From contig NW_024704743.1 in NCBI RefSeq assembly GCF_018977255.1, forward strand, positions 53,136,001 to 53,200,000: a stretch of DNA of 64,000 nucleotides, read 5' to 3'. This DNA comes from Callorhinchus milii (Eukaryota). Below the pieces are notes generated by a model, which did no database searches, was not told the origin of the DNA, and saw nothing but the letters and a program-made list of their open reading frames with translations. The first letter of the stretch is position 1, and each line of letters starts with the position of its first letter. Below are positions 1 to 11,926 of the stretch, in pieces. Both the position numbers and the translations under genes were made by a program.

Positions 1-240
1 ACTGTCTTTATTTTCTAAAAATCAAATGACCAGATTACTCTGAGAACATTATAAGTAAATTGATTCAGAGAAACAATGGGCAAATACCCGGCATATCTAA
101 AGTGGAGGCTCCCCATTGTTACTAATTATTACCTTGAGGTGCTTGCCCATGCGCAACATGTACAGCAACAAAGATTAGAGTTCAGGGGGCAATTCTTGTC
201 CTTCGTATGCTTTTTCAATTATGTATAATAATAATAATAA

Positions 241-1336
241 ACCAGATATTATCATAAAGAACCGAACAGATTGTACATGTACTATTATTGATGTGACAAT
301 TCCAAGTGATTACAAAGTAGGAAATAAGGAAGTAGAGAAGATCAGGAAATATATTGGTCTACAAATTGAATATGGGTGTGTGTGGCAGTATAAAACCAAT
401 ATAGTTCCTATAATCATTGGTACAACTGGGAGTGTCAACAAGACTATTCAGAAATGGCTTGATAAAATACCTGGTGAACAAAATACTGTGGAAGCTGGTT
501 AAATCGAACATATCAGGGTCAGCCGTTTTGTCCGGCTTAAGAGGTGTCCGGTGTTAACTGAAATACCATTCCCACCCAGCAGAGGAGTGCCACCAACGGT
601 GAATAATAATATGTAATAATGTTGTTTTACTTGAAGCACTGTTCACTAACCAGACAGGATGCCAAGTATTTTAACCTAGGAGTTAAAGTTAAATTATTAT
701 ACTCTCATAGAATTCAGTAAAATATATTTATATTTGTTTGGCTGCAAAATACCTTCCCATCAGCAGAGGAGCTTCCTCCCTCCTATTGCCATTCCCATTA
801 GATGGGAAGGGGACCAATTAGTGGTGGCTTTGAGATGATTGACAGCCTTGTGAATGCTTGGGTTCGACCCATTCACCAGTGGCTCAGCTGTCAATCAATC
901 TTGATTTCCCTCCCTTGTCCGGCCCTGTTCCTCCGCCCCCCCCACCCTTCGCTGATTGACAGCCCAACTCCAGCCACTTGTGAATGGCTGGATGTAGCTA
1001 TCAATCTTAGACTCTTCCCATCTCCATCCTGGAGCGTGGCTGAATGGAGCCACTCGACACACTCAAGCACGTGAGTACATTCAGCGGCGAACAGAGCAGC
1101 ATTTTGACTGGATTAACTGGATTTTTGTTCAAATCCACCGGCATATTTCAAACAAGCAAGAATACAAGTGGATCAGGGTCGGGCGATTTGTTTAATTTAC
1201 CCAGTGTCCGGGTTTTAACCAGTGGCCAGCAAAAGCAGATTCCACTGTATCAACTTTCTGCAAAAAGTTCAAACATACTAAGAAAAGTAACGTGCATTCA
1301 TATGTAATGTATCAGTGTTATTGGTCTAAACCAAAA
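241..1336 (+). mobile_element. 5'-truncated R4/Dong-clade non-LTR retrotransposon remnant (restriction-like endonuclease C-terminus), interrupted by a MITE at 486-1247
   Basis: ORF 221-502 has KPDII..IIDVTIP..KEVEKIRKY..IVPIIIGTTG (PD..D..K.KY RLE motif); continues after 1249 as INFLQK..NILRKV; flanked by (TAA)n on both sides. Confidence 0.8.
486..1247. mobile_element. Non-autonomous Tc1/mariner (Tigger/pogo-like) DNA transposon, MITE
   Basis: TA at 484-485 and 1248-1249; imperfect terminal inverted repeats (CTGTGGAAGCTGGT vs reverse complement CAGTGGAATCTGCT); subterminal TGTCCGG motifs near both ends; no transposase ORF. Confidence 0.75.
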
Positions 1337-1627
1337 ATAATAATAATAATTCTTGCATTTGATATAGTGCTTTTCACATCTTCTAGACGTCTCAAAGCGC
1401 TTCACAGAATATACTGTAAAGTGAATTGACTGTATATTTGTGGGAGAAATACGGCAGTCAATTGCGTACAGCAGTGTCCCACAAACAGTCGTGGGATTGA
1501 AGTGACCAAATTATTATTTTTTTTCTCTTGAGGTATTAGGAAACCTGCCCAAGGTTTCGCCCTGCCGGGAATTTAACCCAGGTCTCTCACTTGCAAGGCA
1601 AGTGCTCTAACCACTGAGCTACAGGAC
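1337..1627 (-). mobile_element. tRNA-headed SINE (family A)
   Basis: Reverse copy of the 6331-6648 element: tRNA-like head, Deu-like core, L2-like tail with (ATT)n. Confidence 0.88.
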
Positions 1628-3314
1628 ATCAGTGTAAAGCACTTAGAAACTACCTCTACTGATTTATTTAAACTGTAATAACCTAATAATAATAATAATC
1701 CTTGCATTTAATATAGTCAAGATGTCGCAAAGCGTTTCACAGGATATACTGTACTATAAAGTGGATACGCCTTGAGATCCAAATATACTGTACTGTAAAG
1801 TATTTTGTGGGTGAACTGTAAAACTATAATTGCATCCAATGTAGAGCCAATGACGTCAAACCCCCCAAGGAACTTCAAAAGACACTTCCGGCATGTGATT
1901 GTATTTTGTAGACAAAAATATATTAAACTGGCAAACTGAGTCCATCAATTAGCCTCTTGTCAGAAATGAGTCTAATTCTTATTTGCACTCAATAATGAAT
2001 AAGAATGGCTATATCAGGTAATAAATAGAGAATAAATACATAATTAAATTGTTCAATCCTATGGGGAATGTATTGTTTTTTGAAATTTAATGTTACATCA
2101 TCTCTGGAGAGTTCCACATCATAGTTTCGCCCACTGGGTTACAAGTGACACTCTTTCTCATAGACATTTCAATTGACATTTCAGTTGGCTTTTTCAATGC
2201 TTTTTGACCAAAGCTTCTTTAAAGGCTTCTGTAATTCTAAAATGGAGTTAACACAGGCGATGTAAGACTGTGGCCAATGTATATATTCCCTTGATTTATA
2301 ATACTAAATGCAATAAACATTTGGCACTATTGTAAATTAATTGCTGCGTTGGATTTAGGGTTTAGCTCATTTTGTTTTGTCTGTTTCAAGTGAACTTTAG
2401 AACTGTAAATTGTCTGCCAAGTGTTGAGATTGTATCTTGCAGGAAAAAAAAGCTTCCTTTTTAACTTATGTACATTAACCCACGTTTAGATCACAGTTAT
2501 GTTCATCTGGTGACATTTACTAAATGATATGTAAAATTAAACAGTCTCTTTTTCAAGAGATGCATATTAATAGTTTTGAGAACCTGTCAATCATATCTCG
2601 AGATAAAATAAAATAAAATAAAGAGCAGGCCATTATTAGTGGATGGGAATCACTCCTGCACCTCACTCTAAATAATTGTTTCCAAGCTATACTTAATAAT
2701 AATAATAATCATCCTTACATTTGGTGCAGCGCTTTTCAAGTTGGGCAGACATCTCAAAGAGCTTCACCGGATATACTGTAAAGTGGAGTGACTGTGTGCT
2801 TTGCTGATGACTTCTGGCATTAGACAAACAATGTAACCAATTTCTGAACTGACAGACAATTCATCACCTTCACTTAATCTTAATTTCAAGCCCTGGCCCC
2901 ATGGGGGAGGGGATTTAACTGGTGCCACATCAATCATTAAAAACATAGCTTTTATGTTTTAGGTTCTGTCTGAGACACAGCCATTTCAATTACATAATCA
3001 AGTATGTCGTTTTAAGAAAAGCATCAACACGTGGCAAAGGTCTGACACTAACGCATTCAAGTAGGAAAGCACCTCACGTTAAACTCATGAATGATGAATA
3101 ATGATCATAAACAACCATGTTAAAGACCTGATTACTATATTTAGTTCCTTTGCTGTAGTCCAGAGCATAAGAAGATCATCACAACAAAGAATTTACTGTG
3201 AAGAGTAGTGAATGTGTATTTTGTAGGTGAGCTAGGTAGCTAGTTTGCACACAGTATATCCCACAAATATCCATGAAGTGAATGACCAGTTTTATCTGGG
3301 GATTACTAGCCATA

Positions 3315-3715
3315 GCTTAATCTTCTAACCCTGGGGATCAACCTCGTTGCTCTCATCTGTGTCTTTCGGAGACTGCGCTGTGCAGCCCCCTTATGTCTAA
3401 GTGACCAGAATTGCATGCGTTATTCAAAGTATGGTCTGATCAGAGGACTATACAGCCTATCCCATTCTTTGGGGATCTAAACTCAACTGATTTGGCAATA
3501 AAGCCCAGCATCCTGCTTGCCTTGTTTATTGCTATCTCACACTGTTCTGACTTGAGTGCGCAATGAGTCAACTAACACCACTAGATCTCTTTCATCTTCC
3601 CTCTTGGAAAGTTCTATCCCATCCATGGAGTGCTTGTGTTTGTTATTCTTCCATCCTATATGTAGAACCATGTATTTATCAGTTTAATTTGCCAGTTATT
3701 GGCCCACATACCTAT
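3315..3715 (-). mobile_element. Degraded CR1 fragment
   Basis: Reverse-strand remnant of the RPxLEYCVQFW region. Confidence 0.7.
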
Positions 3716-3989
3716 CAAGCCTAACATATGGTACGGAAATTGATGCGCCAAAGAAGCAAACAAGAATAAAACAAAACTGAATTGACTTTTTCTTGTCAAT
3801 TAATTTCTAAAACAAGAGGATGTTATTGGATCTGCTAAAAAATCTATCTTTTCAGGGCATGAACATTCTGGGGAAAAGTAAATGTCAATACAATATCCTG
3901 TATCAACAGAGAATTTGAAGAATGTCGAAACCATATTAAGAATCTTTATGGATCCATCTCATCCTTTCACAGGCTGCAGTCTATCCAGT

Positions 3990-4390
3990 ACTCTTCAGCT
4001 TATGTCCTTTCCCACACTTGGCTCCACGAGCCTATCACCCCCATCCTCGCTCTACTCCACTGGTTCCCCATCCCCCAGAGGGTCAAATTCAAGATCTTCA
4101 GCATAATCTTTATAGTTCTCCATTGTTTTGCCCCATCTATTTCTGCAACCTCCTCCACCGCTATCAGCCTGGCTGCTCCCTCTGCTCAGCGCACACATTG
4201 GCCTACTTCATATCCCCTGCCGACAAGCTCCACCATCAGCTTGCAGGCTTCAGCATTGGGCTTTCAGCATATCTACCCCACTCTCTAGAAGTCCCTCAAG
4301 GAGGCACTTCAGTTCACCATTTCTCTCACCTCATTCAAGGTCCACCTCAAGACCTTCCTCTTTGACCATGCTTTTGGCCATCATTTCCCT
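3990..4390 (+). mobile_element. Degraded L2 fragment
   Basis: ctccactggttccccatcccccagagggtcaaattcaagatc (LHW.PI..R..FKI). Similar small L2 pieces at ~9970, 18940, 30435, 41650 and 57135. Confidence 0.75.
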
Positions 4391-5839
4391 CCCCATTAAC
4401 CATCATCCTCATCCATTGACTGAATGTGAAAGAAATGAAAGTGTGAGGGATGAGAGAGATACGAAAGAACAAATGAGTATGAGACACAATTTACAGGAGA
4501 CAAAGAGAATCAAAGACTCACACAGAGAGACTGACAAGCGAGAAAAATCCCATAGAGAGATGGGATAGCTATAGCGAGAGGAACAGAGAGGCAGATGTAT
4601 ACATGGAGATGAACAGCAGATAAAGATCCATTCATAAACAAAGTAACTTTGGGCTCATTACAAACAATCACTCCTACAAACCTTATTCCCAGGAAAGCCC
4701 TTCTCCGTATTGCCCAGCTTAGGATATGCCACTTTACTAGTTATTTAAAATAATGTCAAGGGTGAAGCTGCATCATCTTTCCCCACAGAAAAACAACATA
4801 CAATAAAACATTAATATGCATCACTTCTGAATCTCGCTCATTTATTTTCCGTCAATTAACCAAATGATATTTGGTACTTTAGTTTAAAAAGCACCTTCCA
4901 AAGGCTGACCCCGTAACTGACCCTGGAATAAAAGCACAGTAGAGATTGGGTCTGAAGTACTGTCTATTGAATGTGAGGTCTGGAGTGTTTCAGAAGTGTT
5001 ATCTTTATAATAACACATTACAAATGTTTCAGATCAGCTGAAGATATTGAAGTGTGCTCTGTTTCATGTTTTTTACCATATCCACTGCACAAGTCTGTAT
5101 ATAATCTTGTTGGCCAGAGTTGCCATTCTGGGGCCACTCATTCTATTAGACTTTGGTACTCGCGATGAGGAAATTGACTGTAGATTCACACTCAGTTGTA
5201 ACTTATAATATAGTTCAACTAGTGCAAGCAGCTGCTGCCAGAGCGGAGGTACTTAACTGTAAAATCCATCATCCACATGAGCGAATGCAAGAGCCAGTGA
5301 TTCAGCTTCTTCTTACAGTTAAACTAATTTTAATTGCACATCCTGTGGAAGCTATTGCATTTTAAACTCCTCAGAGCACTTTTAAGTGCTTCAGAAACAC
5401 TCAACAGGCAAACAGCCTCCCACATCAAAGGCACATGAGCACCAGATCTCCTTGTGCCATTTCCTGCTGTAATCCCAGGCAGACTGAATCCAGTGCAGTA
5501 CACCTTTGCCCACTGTAAAGGCAAACAAACAGCTGAACCATGGCTCAATTATCATTCCAACAGACAAATACAATCAACAGTGTGCTGAATTCAACAGGAT
5601 TCCTCAATACATGGCGACTCCTTTTTATAAATAGAAATCAGGTACAACACACATGTCACTGCCACCCGTGGGAAGCTCTGCTCCGAATCACAGCAAAGCC
5701 CACGAGTCAGAACTCTGGTTTCTTTATTAAGAAATCCCATTGGGATTCATTGGTTCAGTTGGTACAAAACAATGCAATAAAATTTACATTTATATTGCGT
5801 CTTTCACACCGGGAGGAGGTCTCAAAGTGATTGAAAGCT

Positions 5840-6245
5840 TTCTTACCTCCGAGTCCAAAGGTTGGGAGTTCAAGCCCTATTTTGGGACTTTGTACTAACA
5901 CTCTAGGTTGATGTTTCACTAACGTGCACTCCACTATTGGAGGCGCTGTACTTTGAGAGAGATGTTAAACTTGTCTGCCTGTTCAGATGGATGTTAGCGA
6001 TCCCATGGCACCATTCAAAAAGAGAATTGTTCCTTGTGTTCTCACCAACAATTCCCACATGTAACTGAATAAATTAGTTTTTCACTTCATGCTGTGTGTG
6101 AGGCTTTGCGCTGAGCAAATTAACTGTGCATTTGCTTGGAAAATACACAAGCCACTATACTATACACTAAATCCTGTGAACCACTTTGAGACTACTTCTT
6201 AATCTGAAAGGCTCCATATCAAATATAAGGATTATTATTAATGTT
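5840..6245 (+). mobile_element. Older Deu-domain SINE (family B, SacSINE1/AmnSINE1-like)
   Basis: Degenerate tRNA head, core gtctgcctgttcagatggatgtta..gatcccatggcac, L2-like tail. Confidence 0.75.
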
Positions 6246-6330
6246 ATTATAGAAATCACCACATATTAGACACAATGTTTCTTATGCTATCTTAAACAGT
6301 GTGTTAAAGTATCTTTTAATGCTATTTGGG

Positions 6331-6648
6331 AAGTCCTGTAGCTCAGTGGTTAGAGCACTCGCCTTGCAAGCGAGACACCTGGATTCAATTCCAGGCAGAG
6401 GGCGAAACCTTGGGCAAGTTTCCTTACTCCACACGCCTAATAATAATCCCTCCAAAACAAAACAATAATAAATTGCTCATTTTCAGTCCATGACTGTTTG
6501 TGGGACACTGCTGTGTGCAATTGGCTGCCGTGTTTCGCCCACAAATATACAGTCAATTCACTTTACAGCATATTCTGTGAAGCACTTTGAGACGTCTAGA
6601 AGACATGAAAAGCGCTATATCAAATGCAAGGATTATTTTTATTATTAT
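6331..6648 (+). mobile_element. tRNA-headed SINE (family A), full length
   Basis: A-box TAGCTCAGTGG, TGC anticodon-like loop, B-box GGATTCAATTCC, Deu-domain-like CTGTTTGTGGGACACTGCTGTGTGCAATTGGCTGCC, L2-like tail and (ATT)n. Confidence 0.9.
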
Positions 6649-6799
6649 GAAGTCCTTTTGCTCTGATAAAGATAGAACTTTTATTCTGTGTTTGTCATAT
6701 TGTGCTTCGTAGGAAGTTACTGTAGTATTTCAGGATATTAATGTAAAGTGTACAACTATGTTTTGCAGGTATACACACCAGTTACCAATACTAACAATG

Positions 6800-7092
6800 T
6801 CTCACAGATAGCCATGCAATGCGTGAGTAATTAAACAGGAGATTGTTGGCCAGGACACCAGGAGAAGCTCTTGTCTCATTTGAAATTGTGGCAAGGAATC
6901 TTTAATAGCCATCTGAGAACAGGAAAACGGGATCTTACTTTAATGTCTCATTGGTAAGATGGCAGCTCTGACAATGCACGCTTCCCCAGTATTACTTTAG
7001 AGTATCATCTTAGAATGGGAGCTCAAGTCCTGACTTGAACCCATAACTTTGTGACCTAAATGCAAGAATGCTACCAATTGAATCAATCTGAT
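6800..7092 (-). mobile_element. Deu-domain SINE (family B) fragment
   Basis: Reverse-strand match to the family B core and head. Confidence 0.7.
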
Positions 7093-8849
7093 ACTGGAAA
7101 GGGTTAATGATAATGTACAAAATGAACAGATGCCCTTTGGTTTAAATGACTGCAGGATTTCTCACGTTGTTGAGTGTAGGCAATTCTTGAAGGTGATCAG
7201 TAATAACAACAGGATTCGTTTTTACAGAACACAGGTTTTATTGGAGTCAATAAACGGTTACAAATTTTAAATATCCCATCCCTTTACCCTTTCAGCCGAG
7301 AAACAGATGCCTATGAATAGACTGTAATAAACCCAATAAAATTGTGTCACTAATTGGGAATAGAATTGCAAAATGAAAGATGGCTCCAAACACATTTCAT
7401 TGAATGCAATATGCACTGAAGTTGAGATTGTCCATGATTTAAGCAGTTGCAGTAGGCTCAAAAAATCGATGAATCTAAATCTTCAAATCCGAAAACTAAT
7501 CAAAGTACCTTAGGTATTGAACAGAACAAGGCTGCTAGGCTGATAACATGAAGCTATTAGCAAAATATTATTTGTGTTTCTGAATAGATTGGAGAGTGAA
7601 AGCAGGCAAGATAAATGTTTACATGTCACTTTCCATTCCTTCCTGTTGTACTTTCTGATGTATTCTTATCTCATTGTATTATCTCTAACTCTGGTTATTC
7701 CTAACTTGCTCTTGTTTTCACTCTCCCTCCTCTACAGTGATGCCTTGTCACTAACTCTGCCTGGCTCTGGTACCAAAGGAATCTTATGGGACATTTCGAT
7801 GGGAAGCTTAGATGGTCTGCTCCTATCTGAAATTGTCACAATGAGGATTTTTGTTAACCTATGTTTTGCCTCTGAGTCTTTTTCCGTTTTACCAATCTAT
7901 GCTTCTATCAATCTGCTCTCAAAGTCAATTTATTTGCCTCATCTTTAATAAGAATTATGAAAATGAAAAGTAAATTATTTTTTGTCAGAGGAAATTCTGG
8001 CCACTACCTATCCTCCACCTGATAACATCAATTTTAGCAGATTAACAAGTCTGTGAGACATTACTTGCGTATTAGAAATAAAGCGTTAATTCTAGTCCAA
8101 TCTACAAGCATTGCAAAATTAACATCAGTTTAAAATACTTTGTCTGCAGTTAAACATACCATGTAACTGCACATTCAGGGGCTGGAAACATGATTCAGAT
8201 GAGCCGTATGATCCTAGTTGGGTAAAAGAGTGTCAAATCACTTGGGTTTCTCATCAGCTGTAATGTAACCACAGTCACTACACTTTACAGTAAAGTCCTA
8301 TGAAGTTCCTTGAGATACTTTGATCTCATGACCACATGCAAGGATTACCATCGTTAAATTTCGCTACATTTGACACAAAACCAATTTATAAAGATGAAAC
8401 TGTTTTACATTTAAAAGCTCCTCAGTGGTCCAATTATTGCTAAGAACATTGCAGCCAAATCTCATTTTTTATTGCTATCAATAACTGGACTTTTTCCTTC
8501 CAGTTACATGAGAAAGAATGTAGCAATGTGATTTGTTTTGTACTTGGAAGTAGCCCATGTCAGTAAGACAGGTCTTCTGACAAATCTTGTCACATTATCT
8601 CTCGGGGAATGTGAAGCAAATTGACCAGTTATTGATAAACACAGAAATCTGTCTGCATCATTTACTTAGCAATAAGTATTACAATTAAAAATTTCAACAG
8701 CACACACTTTCCAGGCTGAAAACCTCACAGAATTATCAAGTTTGCCACCTGGACTTTTAATGTTCAGATTCAGAGTGATTGCAGATCTCCAGATTTCTCA
8801 ACTAGTGACTATCCTCCTGGGTAAGGGGTGGAGGGGAGAGTTACGCTGG

Positions 8850-9429
8850 ATCTCCTTGAAGCTGAATTGGCTCCAAGGTGACATGATCGGCAATGGAATT
8901 TCAGAATCGAGCTGCCCTCTGTGGATGTCTCTAGTCTAGTTCCTGAGCCAGGCGGGTCCGCAATATTCCAGGGCACTGCTGATGACAGCACAGACAGCCG
9001 GGCTCATCGGCAGGAATTGGAAGGGGAGATCAGTCACTGGGGGCAGGGAGTCATCACACTCAGCTCCTGTTAACCCTACAAGCCAAAGCCCTAATGGGTA
9101 CCGTGGTACTAGCCGGACAAGCAGAGGGAAGGCTTCCCTCACAGCAATATCAATGGCAAGCTATGTGGTTTTAGTTGGTTAGACTCCAGCAGTACACACA
9201 CTCTGGGGTCCCCAAGGCTTGGCTGTTGCCAACCTGCACCTAATAGTTTCTGTATTTAGGTAAGCAGGATGCATCCCTCCAGAGTGAGAGTGCGCATTGC
9301 ATTCCAATAATCTATCTCTGGGATTTCCATGTGTAGGGTGGGTTGCATGAAAATCTCAGTTTGGTTTGGATACTCTTAAGGCTGGTGATTGGTTTCCATG
9401 TGTGTCAGACACCCGGCTGACAAAAAAAA
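8850..9429 (+). repeat. Unclassified interspersed repeat X, longest copy
   Basis: Shares blocks with 30615-30860, 48830-49175, 51365-51510, 59775-60050, 41580-41940 and 56090-56140; ends in a GTCAG-loop-CTGAC hairpin and poly(A). Confidence 0.75.
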
Positions 9430-10404
9430 GATTTCTCAACAAAAGTGCTGCAAATGGTGATTTGATGCTCTTCAGCAAACTTCAAACACAAATGATGTTT
9501 TTAGAAAATGTGCCATGAATCATGAAGTGTGTTCACCATCATAATCTTTGGGTTATTGAACGATCAGTAATTTTAATGAATTAGTTTTACAAAATTGGAA
9601 GTCGTTATTAAGTACTCATTACAAAGCATTAGTGCAACACAAAAGTCATTAGGCTTCATTTAATTATTTTATATATGATTAATCTCGGTACCTGTGCTAT
9701 AAAATCATAATGTTGTTCAGACAGTTTTCTGCCACCAATGCTGTCATTTTCTCCTCTGGGTTTGCAAGAACAGGCAAAGCAACACTAAGCTGAGTCCATT
9801 TCCTACTTGACAACTTTTTAAATGTTATTTCTAATTGCCATGATTTGCTGTTAATCACATGAAACAGCATTTGCTCTTGGAAATATAAAATTTGAGGAAT
9901 TTCAAGAAGTCAGGAATGAGGGATTATTGTCAACATCACTCACAGCAAGTTTGAACTTTTATTGTATCCCCTCACCCCCTCTCTTGCCTCCTTCAAGCCC
10001 TTTCTGAAGGCCTTCCTCTTTATTGTGCCTTCAGCCACCCTCCCGCCCTCCTCCCCACCCAACTGATCCCCAACTCCCAGCTTGGGTCCAAAACCCCCTG
10101 ACTGTCCAGTGCCCTGGGATGTCTTTCCGACGTGAAGAGCGCTATACAAGTGTAATTTGTTGTTGTTGTATCACTGTAGTTGTAACAACTTAGTTATGGC
10201 GCTTGATGCTGTCAAACATGGAAATCTGAGCACCAGGAGAAATTCCCTTCTCCTTTCAAACAGTGTCATGGGACCTTTAAACATCCACCTGATAAATGGG
10301 TTTAATGTCAAATGCATCTACAAATGAAATCATTATATCTATTTTTTCCTCCACTTTTCTTCTGTCCTCAAGATGTTTCAACTCATTCCTTCTTTTGGAG
10401 CACC

Positions 10405-11280
10405 ATCATGTGTAGCGTTCCTCGGGGCTCTGTTCTTGCTCTCCTCCTTTTCAATATCTATATGCTCCCTCTTGGTGACATCATCCGCGGACATGGGGTC
10501 AACTTCCACATATATGCGGATGACACCCAACTCTACCTCTCTGCCTCCACCCTTGACTCCAGGACTACTGCTGTCCTCACAGACTGCCTGTCGGACATTA
10601 AGTCCTGGATGAGAGCAAAATTCCTGCTGTTGAATGTCAACAAGACTGAGGCCTTCCTGCTTGGCTCCCATCAGCGCCGCTTGGGCACTGACAGCATCGC
10701 CTTCCATGGATGCTATCTACACCTCACTGAGCCAATACGGAACCTCGGAGTCCTATTCGACCTTCAACTGTACTTTGCAGTTCGTGTCCTGTCCCGCACC
10801 AGGCTCTGCGACCCTATCACCCCATCCTCATCCAACTCCACTGGCTTTCCATCACACAAAGGATACAAGATCCTGGTCCTCACCTTCAAAGCCCTCCATG
10901 GTCTTGCTCCCCCCTACCTCTGCGACCTCCTAACTCCCTACCAACCTGACCGCTCCTCCGTTCAATGGGCTAAGGCCTGCTTCATATCCCTTGCCTCGTC
11001 CACCCACCATTGGCAGACGGGCCTTTGATTACTCTGCCCCCACCCTCTAGAAGTCCAACCCGCAGTCCCTCTGCCTCACCCCCTCCTTCCTTCAAGATCT
11101 GTTTCAAGACCCTCCTCTTGACCGTGCCTTTGGTCACCCTCCATCCCCCCTTGTTTTCCGCCCGCCCTGATCCCGTCCCCCAGCTCGGGTCCGAAACACT
11201 GATTGTCCAGCGTCTTGGGACGTCCTCCCAACGTAAAAGGCGTTGTACAAATGTAATTTTGTTGTTTGTTGTTATTATTG
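10405..11280 (+). mobile_element. L2 LINE fragment, internally deleted
   Basis: [15 protein letters not shown]; 3' tail gggacgtcctcccaacgtaaaaggcg..ttgttg. Confidence 0.9.
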
Positions 11281-11608
11281 TACCAAGGAAAACCTGCACT
11301 ACCTTGTCTAAGTGCCCATAATTCATACAGAAACCTTGAAATTCACTATCAAGTCTCTTGTATGATCCTTTATAATAATAATAATAATTTGGTCACTCAA
11401 TCCACGACTGTTTGTGAGACACTGCTGTGTACAATTAGCTGTTACGTTTTGCGCACAAAATATGCAGTCAATTCACTTTACATTATATTCTGTGAAGAGT
11501 TTTGAGACGTCTCTAAGACGTGATAAGGCGCTATATCAAGTGCAATAATAATTATTATTATTAATGTTAGCTGCCTATTCAACCACAGAAGGATATGTAG
11601 GATATGTG

Positions 11609-11926
11609 GAGTCCTGTAGCTCAGTGGTTAGAGCACTCGCTTTGCAAGCGAGACACCTGGGTTCAATTCCAGGCAGGGCGAAACCTTGGGCAAGTTTCCT
11701 TACTCCACACGCCTAATAATAATCCCTCCAAAACAAAACAATAATAAATTGGTCATTTTCATTCTACGACTGTTTGTGAGAAACTGCTGTGCGCAATTGG
11801 CTGCCGCGTTCGTCCACAAATATACAGTCAATTGACTTTACAGTCTATTCTGTGAAGCGCTTTGAGACGTCCAGAAGAGGTGAAAAGCGTTATATCAAAT
11901 GCAAGGATTATTATTATTATTATTAT
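11609..11926 (+). mobile_element. tRNA-headed SINE (family A), full length; a headless copy lies at ~11370-11562
   Basis: Near-identical to 6331-6648; B-box GGTTCAATTCC; (ATT)n tail. Confidence 0.9.

Noticed and set aside
6333..6400. tRNA-Ala(TGC)-like sequence (also at ~11610, ~1560-1627 and ~60930-60984)
   Set aside because: It is the head of a SINE: continuous with the SINE body and lacking a proper acceptor stem.
8975..9030. CTGATGA hammerhead-like core in repeat X (also at ~30672)
   Set aside because: No stem II followed by GAAA at a suitable distance.
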